This document shows positions 24,449-36,973 of a DNA stretch of 64,000 nt, piece after piece (within the stretch, counting starts at the first letter, position 1; every line of letters begins with the position of its first letter). The notes under the pieces are model-generated. The model was given only the letters and a program-made list of their open reading frames with translations, ran no database searches and was not told where the DNA came from. Source of the stretch: Catajapyx aquilonaris (taxonomy: Eukaryota); assembly GCA_000934665.2 (NCBI GenBank), contig KZ538769.1, forward strand, positions 1 to 64,000, written 5' to 3'. Position numbers and translations under genes: made by a program.

Positions 24449-24647
24449 GTATTACACCGCTCAGACTAGACGCGAAACTCGCAATTTGCACCAGTTTCAG
24501 TAGTCTGCAGGAGCCTACGCAACTCTTAGGTGTTGTTCTCCAATGTCTCAGGTTCGAACCAGGTTCTCGCTAGAATAGATCGGGAAATTGTTGCTGAAAT
24601 GCGTCCAAGTTGCGAGTTGCGCGTCTATTCTAGGCGTGGAGTAATAC
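24449..24647. mobile_element. MITE-like element about 150 bp downstream of the GPCR stop codon
   Basis: Imperfect arms of about 50 bp: GTATTACACCGCTCAGACTAGACGCGAAACTCGCAATTTG versus the reverse complement of the right end GTATTACTCCACGCCTAGAATAGACGCGCAACTCGCAACTTG. Confidence 0.6.
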
Positions 24648-26913
24648 CTGCTTTAGGGCAGTGTTGCCAACCCTGATTTCATGTCACAAGGATGAATGTT
24701 GGCATAAAACCAGACGATTAAGCAATTCTGTCCGAGGCAACCGAATAGTTGGCCAGTTCCAGAACGGGCTCGATTTCCTTGGGGCTGTGTAAATGACCAC
24801 TGAAGAGTTATCATACTGGGCGTGTGAATGCCAAAAACAAATAAAGATAATACACCTCACTGTGGGCAATTTTGTTATTGACAGAGGGGGTCGTTTACAC
24901 ATCACCGAGTAAAGTGGACCAGGTGTAATCCTGGTTCAACGTTTGGTTGCTAGGTAGGTTGTGAGTGTCTGACCCCTATGTTGGTCAGTTTGCTTCTGAA
25001 CTGAAAACACTTGTCCCAAGAATCCAGCACATTGCGAACCAGGTCGAGTTTGTGTCGGTGCTGTGTAAATGTCCCCATATTCGTCGTTGAATATTTTTGG
25101 CGTTATGATGTCCAAGATCACTGTTTTCCCCATCCGAGTAACGCACACTACATCATTGCACTGGGAGAGCTTGACAGGAGAAAGTGTTATTGCGGTACGT
25201 TCTTGTTCATCCCTTTAAAAAAATCGGCGCGAAACAAACGTGTCACAAAAATCTCTCCTTTGCCTTACCAACACCCTTCAATTCATTTCTCGTCCTGTCC
25301 TATAGATGTGAGATATAGGATGACATGCGGGACAACGAAAAAAAAAAATCCAAACATTGCGGTCCTAGACATAAAAAGCTCATTGCAGTTCATATAAGAA
25401 TATCATAAATTTATGTAGCACATTTAAAGGCATATTGTCTTTTTAAAAAGAGGGCGAAAAAATTGTGCATACTATATAATCTTTATGTATACCATTGTGT
25501 TCTACCAACAATTCTGACTCAACGTATGCTGCATCACAAGTGTACGTACAGTGTATTGTGTAAAATGGAGTATATATTTAATGGGTTCAAAGTGAATAAA
25601 AAAAAAGAGTGAGCCATTGTTCAGATATTTTGAATCTCGTTCCTGCGCGCTTTCCATTTTGCGGCATCGATTCAAGTACCGGCAGTAAACCCCGCCAGGC
25701 ATGCCATTAAAGGATTCGAGGCTGTACTGCAGGCCTGCAGCAGCTTACTCTGATGCCTTATATACCTCCCCATCCTACAACCCAAAGAGCAATTTATTTA
25801 ACTGCCACAAAAGACAATTTCCAAAGCCTCGGTGTCAAAATTCGAGTTACAATTTTGTAGGTGAGCTAAACCCTCACCTGTAAAATCAATTACCCCTACA
25901 AATTCTATTCGGCCTGGATATTATAATAGAAACATTCTGCAATGCTAATCTTGCGGATGAAGCCGACACTCCTGAATTCAGCCCCATCACCTACCTAGTT
26001 GCAGCGCAATTTCAAAATCAATGCCTTAATCCGAGCCACTAATCTCTATATATTTTTAACTACCGAGCTTAACCTATTGTTCTACTTTGTAAAGAGATGA
26101 GGATCACTCGGGGCGTTGATTTTTGCTGTCGGGTACTATAATTTACTCTTTTATCAGGCAGTCTCAAAACACTTCTCTATAGAGACGTTCATGCAACTAT
26201 TGACTCAGGAATATATTGAAGGAAACATCCGATTATGTGTCGGGATTCATTCATTATACATTAATTTGCATTCATACAATCGGCTACAATCTGACACTAT
26301 ATACCCACATTCATATTATTATTGCATAGAAACGTTTCTTAACATCCATCATAAGTGTTGACTGCCTATCAACATATTACGTAATGTGGTCTAGACTTTT
26401 CTGACAGATGACACCAGAGTCGCGATCGATGGAATAGTAGATCGGCATCAATGTCACATCATTTTACCGCGAACTTTCCACAGTACTTTGACTCCATCAG
26501 CATGAAAGGATAGGCCGGCTTCCGGCTGTAATAAGCTCGTTTTAGCCTTATTGTGCTAACAGATTTCTGAGGCAATCCTTGGCTCCATGAACTTTCTCGT
26601 CATGGGAACCACCCACAGTTCCCGCTATAATAATATTGATGCCAACTCGATGCTAACACAACATGAAAGTTCCTACTGTGAACATACGTCGTATATGATT
26701 AAATGGCAGGCCAGTCGTGGTTTGGACAGCACGAGCCAAACACAAACTTTTCTCTTATAGGCCTATAGGCACGGCCGAGGAGTGTTGTATTTATATACAG
26801 GTCTGGAAACTAGCCCCCTTATCGCGTGAGTCTCCAGAGTCCCACCCGCCAGCTTCTACGCCGCAGTGCATGGAGCAGCCCCCGGACACTCATACTACCT
26901 TCTCATGTTATCG

Positions 26914-27225
26914 CCTGCCGAGGCATTTTGCAGCGGGTGCTCACCTGAGAGCGCCATGAGACATTTCGGAGCGCAGGTAAGTGGCGACCCTACCGAACTA
27001 GGCTGAGGTACGAAAGGGAAGAGCTACATGCGGGCCCAAAATGGCCGCCGGCGCCCATGTTGGGTCCCCCAATGTAGCGCTTCCCTTTTGTACCTATAAA
27101 GTTCAGCCTAGTCCGGTAGGGTCGCCACTTACCTGGGCTCCGAAATGTCTCATGGCGCTCTCAGGTGAGCACCCGCTGCAAAACGCCCCGGCAGGGGGTG
27201 GGTGGGAGTGACCAGACCTTACTTA
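26914..27225. mobile_element. GC-rich palindromic element, family A copy 2
   Basis: Inverted arms CCTGCCGAGGCATTTTGCAGCGGGTGCTCACCTGAGAGCGCCATGAGACATTTCGGAGC... and their reverse complement ending at 27195. Homologous to 16144-16411. Confidence 0.8.
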
Positions 27226-30200
27226 TATGAACGTGGCATGGAGCGACACCCCTCAGTGCGACGAAAATGGGAAACGGAGGGGGGAAACGGACCGGCACGA
27301 ACGGACCATACCTACTAGATTTGAATTGGCGGTTTGGGACTCTTGGTTCGTCGCGTTCCCCCACCAGGTTTGCTGTATGTGGTCCGGCGTCCGGCGCAGA
27401 GCACTAAAAAAAACGGGACAAGAGCGCCACAAACTCCAGCGATGCGGCACTCTACCTAACTACTGATAAGCCTCTCCTTGCCTCGCGAAAGTCACGGGGG
27501 TCGGAGTGGGAAACCTACGTGAAAAAAAAACGGAGTTGCACTGGGGTGGGCCTAGTCATGTAGGCAACCTATAGGGGGCGGAAAAATAACTTTAATGGGC
27601 GTGCTGAGTACACAAATACAGGACACACTGTAGTGCCTATGGCCTCAGTTCAATAAGGTAATGGTTAAAATGTCACGAGCTGCCGAGATGATCTAAAAAC
27701 AGTAAAAGTAAATAGGAAGTTAATAAAAGAAAACACACCACAACCAGGTTTTTCTCAGGTAAAAGACGGCTGTGTAAAACCCAATAAAACTAATATTGAT
27801 TTGGAAAACCACACCTTGCACTTACGCCTGACAGCATGTCACATGGACTCCAATGTCTATTACACAAATGTTGCGCCTTTTCCTATAACACCGCCTCTTC
27901 TCTCCCTAATCCCGCGAGTTCAACTACTCACCTGGCCCATGCCATCCAATACTTGTCAGAGCCTTACATGTGTAAGACAGTCCGGATACAATCCCGACTC
28001 GAACCACTTGACCCAACGCCCTTCTCGCCCAACTCGATTGCTGCCGCCCCCACAAACTTGTCCGTCCCTTTTCTGTGCGACGGGTGTTCCCCTGGAATCC
28101 TTCCAAATTATGTCCCTTTGTGCAGGACTTGGCCACAACTTTCGAATTTTGCCTTGCTAATTCCCTCGGTAACGGGCCGAAAATACGTTTGGAGAAGAAC
28201 AAGTCGAAATGTCGCGAGAAATGAATAAGTGTACGAAATTGTGTGTTTACGTGACATAAATCACTAAATTCAACTAGCTCAAGTAGGCTTACAATATGGA
28301 AGCGGATCTACAGGAATACCGCGTATGACAGTGCTAGGAGAACTCATTATTATAATCTCCGTAGTGGTGTACATGGTATATAGAGAAGTCTGAGACAAAT
28401 AAGGTCTGGCGCAGTCCGATTACTTAGCTCAAATAGCGTTGTATTCACCCAGTAACAAGACAGGACCGAGTGTGCCCCCGGCTATGAAATTCAATCTCCA
28501 ATAGTGTAAGATCAGGCCAAGTCCCCTAAGTCAGTGCGAACACACCTAATCAGCATAAGGAAGTCGAGGGGAATAAACCCTAACGCAAGCCCTGGGGCCG
28601 GTCCTTCGATTTCCTCCCAAGCATCAACTCAAGCATGCTTAGCAATTTTTTTAAAAATGGGCCCAAAGGATGGGGCTGAGGTATGCAATATCACCTTGAA
28701 TTGATGAATTCAACGCAGGGTTTGCTGGCCTAGACAGCGTGCCATTTCCTCAGTTCCGAGGAAGTATATAGGCATAGTGTTATAGATTTATCCCCTTGGA
28801 ATTTCCTATTCAGGTGAGATGCACTGTTAGTTCCCAACCAACTTCGCAACGAACTCATTAGAGCCTTGCAATGCCTTCATCTTTTTCGCCGTAACAGTAC
28901 ACAGTGAGATTCCTGGGCTATACCGGATGCTCTTAGCAATTCATCTTCAGGCTCCTTCCTGACTCCCGAATGACTCTCTCTACTACTATACGATCGCATC
29001 AGACCCCCGGAATAGTCTGCGAAATTAGATTACACACCAAGATATTTCCATCCCATCTTATTTTTTCCTCTCCCGATCCCGCCAGTGCCACGGGGTGGGC
29101 GGCCCCCTTATTGGCCGAAAGAGCAGCAGTTAAGCTCCAGCCAGAGTCGGCACTATCTCCCTCAAACACTTCACCGTGATGGAGCTCTGCTGCATTATCC
29201 TCGGGCAAGCTTCCCCTGCTCTTACCCCCAGCTCAGTTCCTCCTTCAAATCCTCCGTTTGACTCACGAATCAATTTTCCAAGCAGCTCTTCTCCGACTGT
29301 CGCGTAGCAAACTCTCTCTTCCTTTATTCGCCTTTATAACGGATACACCTGCTGTGTAAGTAGTGCGGGTGGTTAATCTGCCGGTAATAAATGCGAGGGG
29401 GGATGCGGGTCGGCCTTCTCCTTGTTTTATCCTTCGATTAGCGTGATAAGAACTGATTAGGCTAATTTTCACCCACGACGCCTTCGCGAATTGCTGAGGA
29501 GGAAGGACCTCTCCATCTACCCTCAAGAAAGGGCCAATATACATTAATGAAGGTAATGTGGCTGAGAGGCACCCCGCTAAAGACAGACGAGACAAATATT
29601 ACACTGGCCTCGTTGGCACAAAATATCCGATAACAACATAAATTCTCTTAATTTACGATCTGTAAGTCTTCGATTTGGAAATCACGTCGCTTGGTGCGGT
29701 CACATTTCTATATTATGAAGGACTATATCCGGGGCAGTTGGAGACATATTACCAACGTAATGGATATCCGAATCCATTCACCACTTGGGGAAGTTTATGG
29801 GCGGTATAAAAGAGGTTTATGCCCGGGCCTCATTCGTCCTTATCTGTTGTAGGCTAGTCTGACATCATTGAAAGTGTGAAGGGGGTTGGGAGTTCTCTCG
29901 AGTCCTAAATCAGGCTGGAAGTTCAAATGAGATCCACCGACCGAGATCTGAAGATCAGAAGAGGAGAGAAAAACCAGGAGGGGAGGACTCTTCGGACCAA
30001 GTTCCAGCTGCACCGAATCCATAGAAAATTGATAATGTTGAGGATGAGGAGCACCGAAAACGTGTCTAACTCTACAAATCCTCGCTCACAGTGCTGCAAG
30101 AAGGGCGGAATCAGCAGAAAGTTGCCCTTTCCAATACCGCGCCCTGGATGCTGCCCCGAACTTTCTTTTCACTCACCGACCGAACGGCCAAGGCTATATA

Positions 30201-30722
30201 TGAAGTGAAAGTGCTCCGGAAGACAAATTCCTTCATTTAATTTACAGCAAAACTTGCATCCGACCGAATTTGCGAAAACAACAACTTTCTGGACGAATTA
30301 AGAATTATTGTTAGGCAAGTTGTACCATTCCCGCAGCTTAAATCGCATTATGGTAGTGTTCCCTGCAGAGCGTCGCAGCAGGATTATGGTCTGCTGTGCT
30401 GTAAAGGCAGCGGATGAGCTCGTTAGTTTGCTCTGAGCAACTTGCATATTGCTGGTTTATACACAGTCATGTGCTTTAAAAAATGTGCATAAGCCAGCAA
30501 CTGAAGGGTAAGAGTGCAAAAGAAATTATCTTCACACGTAATTGCGCAAAAACATGTAGCTATGCAATGCCAAAAAATGCTATAATCGTCACTCTTTTTG
30601 CACACCCATTTACATCGAAATTTTCTGGGCCAGCTCATTCTTACAGCGTTTTACTGTGCACTAAAAATGCATTCAGTTAAGTCAAAGTTAAATAATTATG
30701 TCGTTACATGCAGTTTACCGAT

Positions 30723-30787
30723 ATATTGCTATTATTACTATTACTGTTGTTGTTATTATTATTCTTATTATTCTTATTATATATTAA
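30723..30787. repeat. Degenerate (TAT/TGT)n simple repeat
   Basis: Directly visible. Confidence 0.8.
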
Positions 30788-33700
30788 TGTACTGAATGTC
30801 GCCTTTGAATGACATGAGTATCGCATTACATTTAAAAAAAAGTAGTGATGTGGTCCTGAAATGAGGAAAAGGCTGCAAGGAAAAGGAACTGCTGGGTGCT
30901 GTTTAATGAGAGAACTCCCACTCGGAATAAAAATTAAATTCAAATGTCGACAATCAATCAGATTCTCGAAATATTGAACAGTGGCAATATTTTCATATCC
31001 AATTCAATGAACCGCATTTTCCTCTTTCAGGAGAGTGAATAGGCGTAAAATCAATTTTATTTCGAGATAACGCCTTCTCTTTCCACCCGCTTCTTATTCC
31101 CATCCGTTTCTTGTAAAAATATTCGGTCGCTTTTATGGAGCACAGAATAGTAGCGAACGTGCTTCGATTGCAGTTTTCACACTTCGCAGAAACAGCAAGA
31201 ATACTGTATTTCCCCCCCAATTCTGCTGCGGCTGCACAGTGGTTCCTAAACGGTGAACTCAACCGACACACGGTACCCGGAAGGGCTCCCTTCATGCGTT
31301 CATTTCACGTGGAAGCAAATTGAAACTGGAAACTGGATATGAGATGTCCTTCTTCCCACACTCAGTAACCACCGCACATCGCCCACTCTGCATTACAACA
31401 TGCCCTTGTTTACATGTTATCTACTCCAGGCCGGGCCAGAAATTACAATAGCAAATTTCGACTCTGACCCTGTCTCCCACGCAAACCCTAGATCGATTCG
31501 CAGTTTCACACCATTCCTCTCTGATTCTCCATGGGGGGAGACAGAGAGCTGAGCCTTATTTCTTGCAAAGGATCTGTAGTAATAAGGTTGGCGCATCTGC
31601 TGGCGTCGACTTGGAATCGGCAGACCGCCAGGAAAAGGCAGCTATACACGTCAACGTCTCATTGTAAATTCATCCTTGCAACTTGACATTTGCACTAATT
31701 CCGATTGATTTCAGCTGTATTCTGCCAAAATTAAGCCATATCGGCAACAATGCTGCTTCCCTCGAGACGATTGTGTTTCAAAACAAAGGGCCTTGTTATG
31801 AGCCAGATCCTGGCCCTTTTGGCTAAAACCAGCGATGCAGACAGAGTCCAAACAATACTAATTAATCTTGGCCCCCCTATGGGACCTTTCTGACATCCTA
31901 TATAAGCGAAATTTTGGGCTCCATGAGATATCACGTGCACTTGCAGAACCTTCCCAAAAATCGCAGGGGGCAAGCAAATGGCGAGATAGGAGATAGCACA
32001 CGTAACACAAGTTGTGTTTAACAGAGTTTCGGATCTGGTACCCATCTCTCGACAGGTTTATTCACGACCTGGGGGGGAGGGGGGGGGTGTTAGGTGTAGC
32101 CTCAAAAATTCCTTCCAGTGCCGCCGCATCCCGGATACCCGGGGGCGCAATTTCCATTTCATTTAGATCAGGAAGAAGCTATTTCATTCGGCTAGACTAC
32201 ACGGCGGCGGCAAAATGTCGAGGCTTTACTACGTCACGGCCTGAGGGATGGAAGCGATATTTTTCCGGAAAAAGGGAACCGCCGTGTACGTAGGGAACAA
32301 GTCGACCATTTAAAAACTGGTCCCGGAAAATGTGCGGGAGGTCCACCCGTGGGTTGTAACTCAAACATCACATCCATGCGAGGCAGGCTATGCTCGTAGA
32401 TAATTCCCGGCCTGCTGCATCCATGTGTGTGCTGCAATATCAAAATGGCAATTAATCTGGAAACACGCAGAACTGCTCGATCCAACAAAGGCCGGCCGAA
32501 GTGTCCCACTGGCATTGTAACTGGCCTCATTCCAGGATATAGATGAGGAGGGGCAGGTGTAATCTGAACTTAACCGAGGGGGCACTTGCAAGAGCTATTC
32601 AGTGCTGGACACAGCCTCGTGACATGAAGTGGGATTCGATAAATACGACACTAAACACTTGATTGCTCTTGTAATTCCAGGCCTGTACGTCTAGTAACAG
32701 AGTTTGAACCGAACGTGTGGTGTCAGAATTAAAGTTAAGAAAAAAGTTCGTTAGAACCATAATTTCTCAACACAATAGTGCGAGGAGAAAATGACGTCCG
32801 AAAAATCCTGGGCTCAAGAAGAACCACATTAGTTCAGCGTAAGCGCTTCTACCAGAGGATTAAAGTAAATCAGGCGACAAGGCGGAAGGCAGTTTTGGGG
32901 AAAAAATGAGCCCTTTAGGCAGCAGGCCAAGATTAAGCTGACATGGCCGCCACTCTTCCTCTTTGCAAGCCTCCGAAATGCAAGCGCGGGACCGATTGAA
33001 AACCAGCGGTTTCAATTCCAAACGCCCATTCGCCATGCAATTCAATACTGGTTGCGTGCCAAACCCGTGTTTCTAACCGGCATTTTCACTTCCATGAGCC
33101 CCCAGACGTGGCCGGATATTTAATTACGTTCATACGCCAGTTACACGATTGGAATGCAGGCGATGCGAAAAAAAATTAAAGAGAGACGGCGTGCTTGCTC
33201 CCAAAGCTTTCAAAAATATTGCTCCAAGGCCTCGCCATTCAGTCACGCCAAAAAAGCACCTGCTGAATATTGTAATCAGCGATGCGATCCGACCAATAGT
33301 ATGCAAAAATTCAGAGACGAACATGCTGGGAACACTGATACCGTATTGTAAGCAGAACTAATACAGAAGAAGGAAGGTGCGTAAAATGTTGGCATCTTGA
33401 TGGTGATGTAATTAGCAGCAAAGTGACAGTATAATTGCTCTCAACTATGAATTCACCTCGAGTCCTAGACAGATAATATTAAACTGCGTGCGCGCTCGCT
33501 TAATTGGATTACCCCAGGCTGATACCGTAGTTATGGTGCCTCCATTCCCAAAGTGGGGTGTGACACATGCAATTAGTTCATTAATTACCGTATTCATAAT
33601 GCACGTAGATCGTAAGGCTTCCCCGCATAAAATAAACCTAGTTAATCCGTGTCAATTTTCTTTCCTTTCAGGGTCTAATAGATGCATTTTGTGAACGTGC

Positions 33701-33959
33701 CATCTTCCTCAAGAAACTTATTAATTAGTACAGATATGATCGTGAATTAAGTGTATCAATATGCAGACTCTTCTAAACTCGCCACTTGTCTCGGGGCAAT
33801 TTAAAATGCGATATGCTCTGAGCTACAATGTACTGTACACATCAGAGGCCGGGAGTGAAAATAATGTGTCACGATTGGTTGCCTTGACATGATACGAATT
33901 GTTTTACTATAGACTTATAGAGTCTACAGATAAATGATGACGGTTATGACGGGCCCAAC

Positions 33960-34034
33960 ACCACTCAATACATGCTCTATTCGTCCAGTTACATGTCACA
34001 TGTAACTGGACGAATAGAGCATGGATTGAGTGGT
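33960..34034. repeat. 75-bp near-perfect palindrome
   Basis: ACCACTCAATACATGCTCTATTCGTCCAGTTACATGT-C-ACATGTAACTGGACGAATAGAGCATGGATTGAGTGGT: 37-bp arms, one mismatch, 1-nt spacer. Confidence 0.9.
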
Positions 34035-35480
34035 CGTGAAGAAGGTTACAGTCTCTGCCAGAAACCTAATAATGTGACACAAATACTAAGTGGTACTGCA
34101 CACGAGAAGTTGGTCCGCCTTAACTTAATATCTGAGGCTCTGTGTTAGGTCAGAAGTTGTAGTGACGGGATTTTTTTTGTAGTACTCTATATGCAGTAAC
34201 ATTTTGCATACGTATATACAAGTCGTGGTCTTAATGTTTTCATATAAATTGTCAGGAAGAGTATTTCGTAATTCCTCTAATGCAAGTAAGCCTAAAATCA
34301 ATGGGGCGTGGTGCACCACATTACAATAACTTTTAACAGCAGTGTATATGCAAATGGTCAATTACCTTGATCAAATAGTGGAAACCTACGCCCACATGCA
34401 AATAAATTTGCTTCATTACTCATGCGTAATTCATCTCACAGCAACAAAGACACGTATTACCAATATATTAAATCATAAATTGCGAGCATGTCAGCGCAAA
34501 TCATATAAAATGTATAGCCTGCAGACCATACATTTGTCCTTGTCATTTCCGTTTTCTTTCAACTCACTTTCCTCAACTGGGCTCATAAAAGGCCGCCCAC
34601 TATTAAAATGGAGATCAATATTAAAATGCAGAAATTAACCATAAATAAAACACGAACTGCACCTCGATCGGGCCAAATTACCTTCCAATTTCCTCGCATA
34701 TTTGGACAAGCATATGTTGCGAAAAAGTATACAGTGTATCGCTTTGTTTCATCCAACTGTTCAGTCATGGCAAGCCTGATTGGAAACTATACAGTGCTCG
34801 GATCTATCCAGTCTTCAGAAGAAGTATAAACACACCCACACACACCCAGCACACAATTTACCCTCGATATACTTTAAAACTTGCCTTGCCTGATATTCAA
34901 GCGACGGCCTTCCGAATCCAATGTTCTCGCCTGCTTTCCCTGGTTATCAAGCTAATTAATACCCTGCCTTGAGTTCGCAACTCCATATTACCGTTACTTA
35001 TATTAATGTTTACCCATGCTCCATGGTTCAAACTAAGCCCATCTTAACAGTCGCGTAACGTTACAAATGAGGCGTATCAGGGAGCCAAATGGCCAGGACC
35101 AGAGTCAACTCGTCTTATATAATGAGCCCCGTCCAGGGCCAGGTTGCTCTGATTGAATTCCTAATGAGGCTGAGGTCGACTCATCAAACGAATCTGGACC
35201 AAACTTGCCCGATTTGTGCGACTTACTCCAGGTGTAATCATAACGCATCATCATTGGTGTGGGACTTCTGCGATCCTTCATGGCCACTAACTTACAATTA
35301 TTGCAGGCATATATACTGTAGGTAACAAGCGAAGTCAATAGACAGTTGTCATAATGATAATTATTTTTACACTGCTGCCCTTTAAAACATGCACGCAAAT
35401 ACTCGGTCAATCTTTTTAGAAACAGGTTCTAAATTTAATGCAGTGTAATACTCGGCGCTCTCCCCAGCACTATTATTATA

Positions 35481-35696
35481 CAGGGTGTTCCATATTCGTG
35501 GGTCACTTTTTGATAACTGATATCGCCTGATAGCAGTTATTTTTTGTGGCTTGTTATGCCCCTAACCATGTGCTCCATTCTATGTAGCAGTATATAGAAT
35601 GGGGCACACGGTTAGGAGCACAACAAGATACACAAAATTACTGCTATCAGGCGATATCCGTTATCAAAAAGTGACCCACGAATCTGGAACACCCTG
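35481..35696. mobile_element. Fully palindromic mariner-type MITE
   Basis: TA|CAGGGTGTTCCA...TGGAACACCCTG|TA. The arms pair over about 100 bp. CAGGGTG termini with a TA target are typical of Tc1/mariner elements. Confidence 0.85.
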
Positions 35697-36796
35697 TATA
35701 AATGACATATTAATTATTAATTAGTTGATGGAAAAGCGTCGGTTACATTTAAATACATGAATTCGAGAGTAGCCTTAATAATTGCATGGTATACACCACT
35801 CTGCTACCTGCTGTATATGGCATTGTAAGCCAGCAACAGCTGTCAGAATGACCACAGGAATGGCCCCAATAAAAGCCTGAAATATGAAACTCTTAAAGCG
35901 CCAGTATCCCCGATTATAAAACAAACAAGGTGGTCGTAGAATCGACCTGTAAGTGTAAAATAATAGCACCAGCTGGTGGGTGCCGAATTTATTGGAGAAA
36001 AAAAAATACAGCTGTTCAAAGCCTTCTGGCACCGGAATGCACGAGCTATTTTTTTTTTTGTTCTTTCCCACGCCGCAGGAAGAGTCGGATTTCCGTCATG
36101 CGGTGCCTCCCAGATTTTCATTTCTCAGCACTAAATCCAGATCATGCAAAGGTATTGAATGGATTATGTACATGGCAGAAGATTGCGTGCAGAAAGCGAC
36201 TGATCTCTCACGGTGGCCAACTCAAACCCAACATTGTCAGTCCCTCGACATTTCGTGAGATGCTCGAGCATATACTGCATACTGTACAGTATGTAAGAAA
36301 CACTGAACGCTTTTGCTTACTGGGTGTAATGAAGAGATCTATAGTATACCGCATAGGTTATATCTGTTACAACTGCGTCGTGGTTTTCCTATTGATTTTT
36401 GTTTCCAATGGCTTCAGCAGGAACTCTCTGAGACGAAATGACATTTATAATCATGTAGTATAGTGGAGTACATTCAGTTGTCAAGTTCTGGCCACCACTG
36501 AAACTATGGATATCAGCCAGTCAGCATGTAATTACCCCTTTGAGCAGTATGGCCTCATTGCAGATCTCATTACAAACACACCCTGGTATATCACCCTCTC
36601 GAGCTTGTCTTGATTATTTTTTTTTACCCACGAGTATTTTCCTCGACTGTAAAATAATGCATTGTTATCGCTACATGCAGTGGTTCCTCAACTTCAAACA
36701 TTTTTAAGCGACTGTCTTATTAGTTCCAAGGCATAAACTTATGAAAAATAATTGTAATTGGATCCATCTCAAAGAGCAATTGTAAGGTGAATGTGG

Positions 36797-36973
36797 GGTA
36801 ATACTGCGTTGATGATGGATTTTGATTGTGGGAGGAAACAGAAGAACCCCGAGAAATCCCACGCCAACAAGAAGAAATCCATATGAAAAATCCTTATGTT
36901 TGACCCGAGCATCGAACTCGGAACCTCAGACGTGGAAGGCTGTGTCACAAACCACTACATCACCGTGCCATCC
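36797..36973 (-). mobile_element. Second copy of the same SINE family (3' part missing or diverged)
   Basis: Reverse complement reads GGATGGCACGGTGATGTAGTGGTT...GAGTTCGATGCTCGG...GCGTGGGATTTCTCGGGGTTCTTCTGTTTCCTCCCACAATCAAAATCCATCA, collinear with the copy at 22770. Confidence 0.82.

Noticed and set aside
35930..36463. 177-aa plus-strand ORF
   Set aside because: No recognisable domain, homopolymer-derived residues and no splice context. Treated as chance, like the other short ORFs in 1-21000 and 24400-56000.
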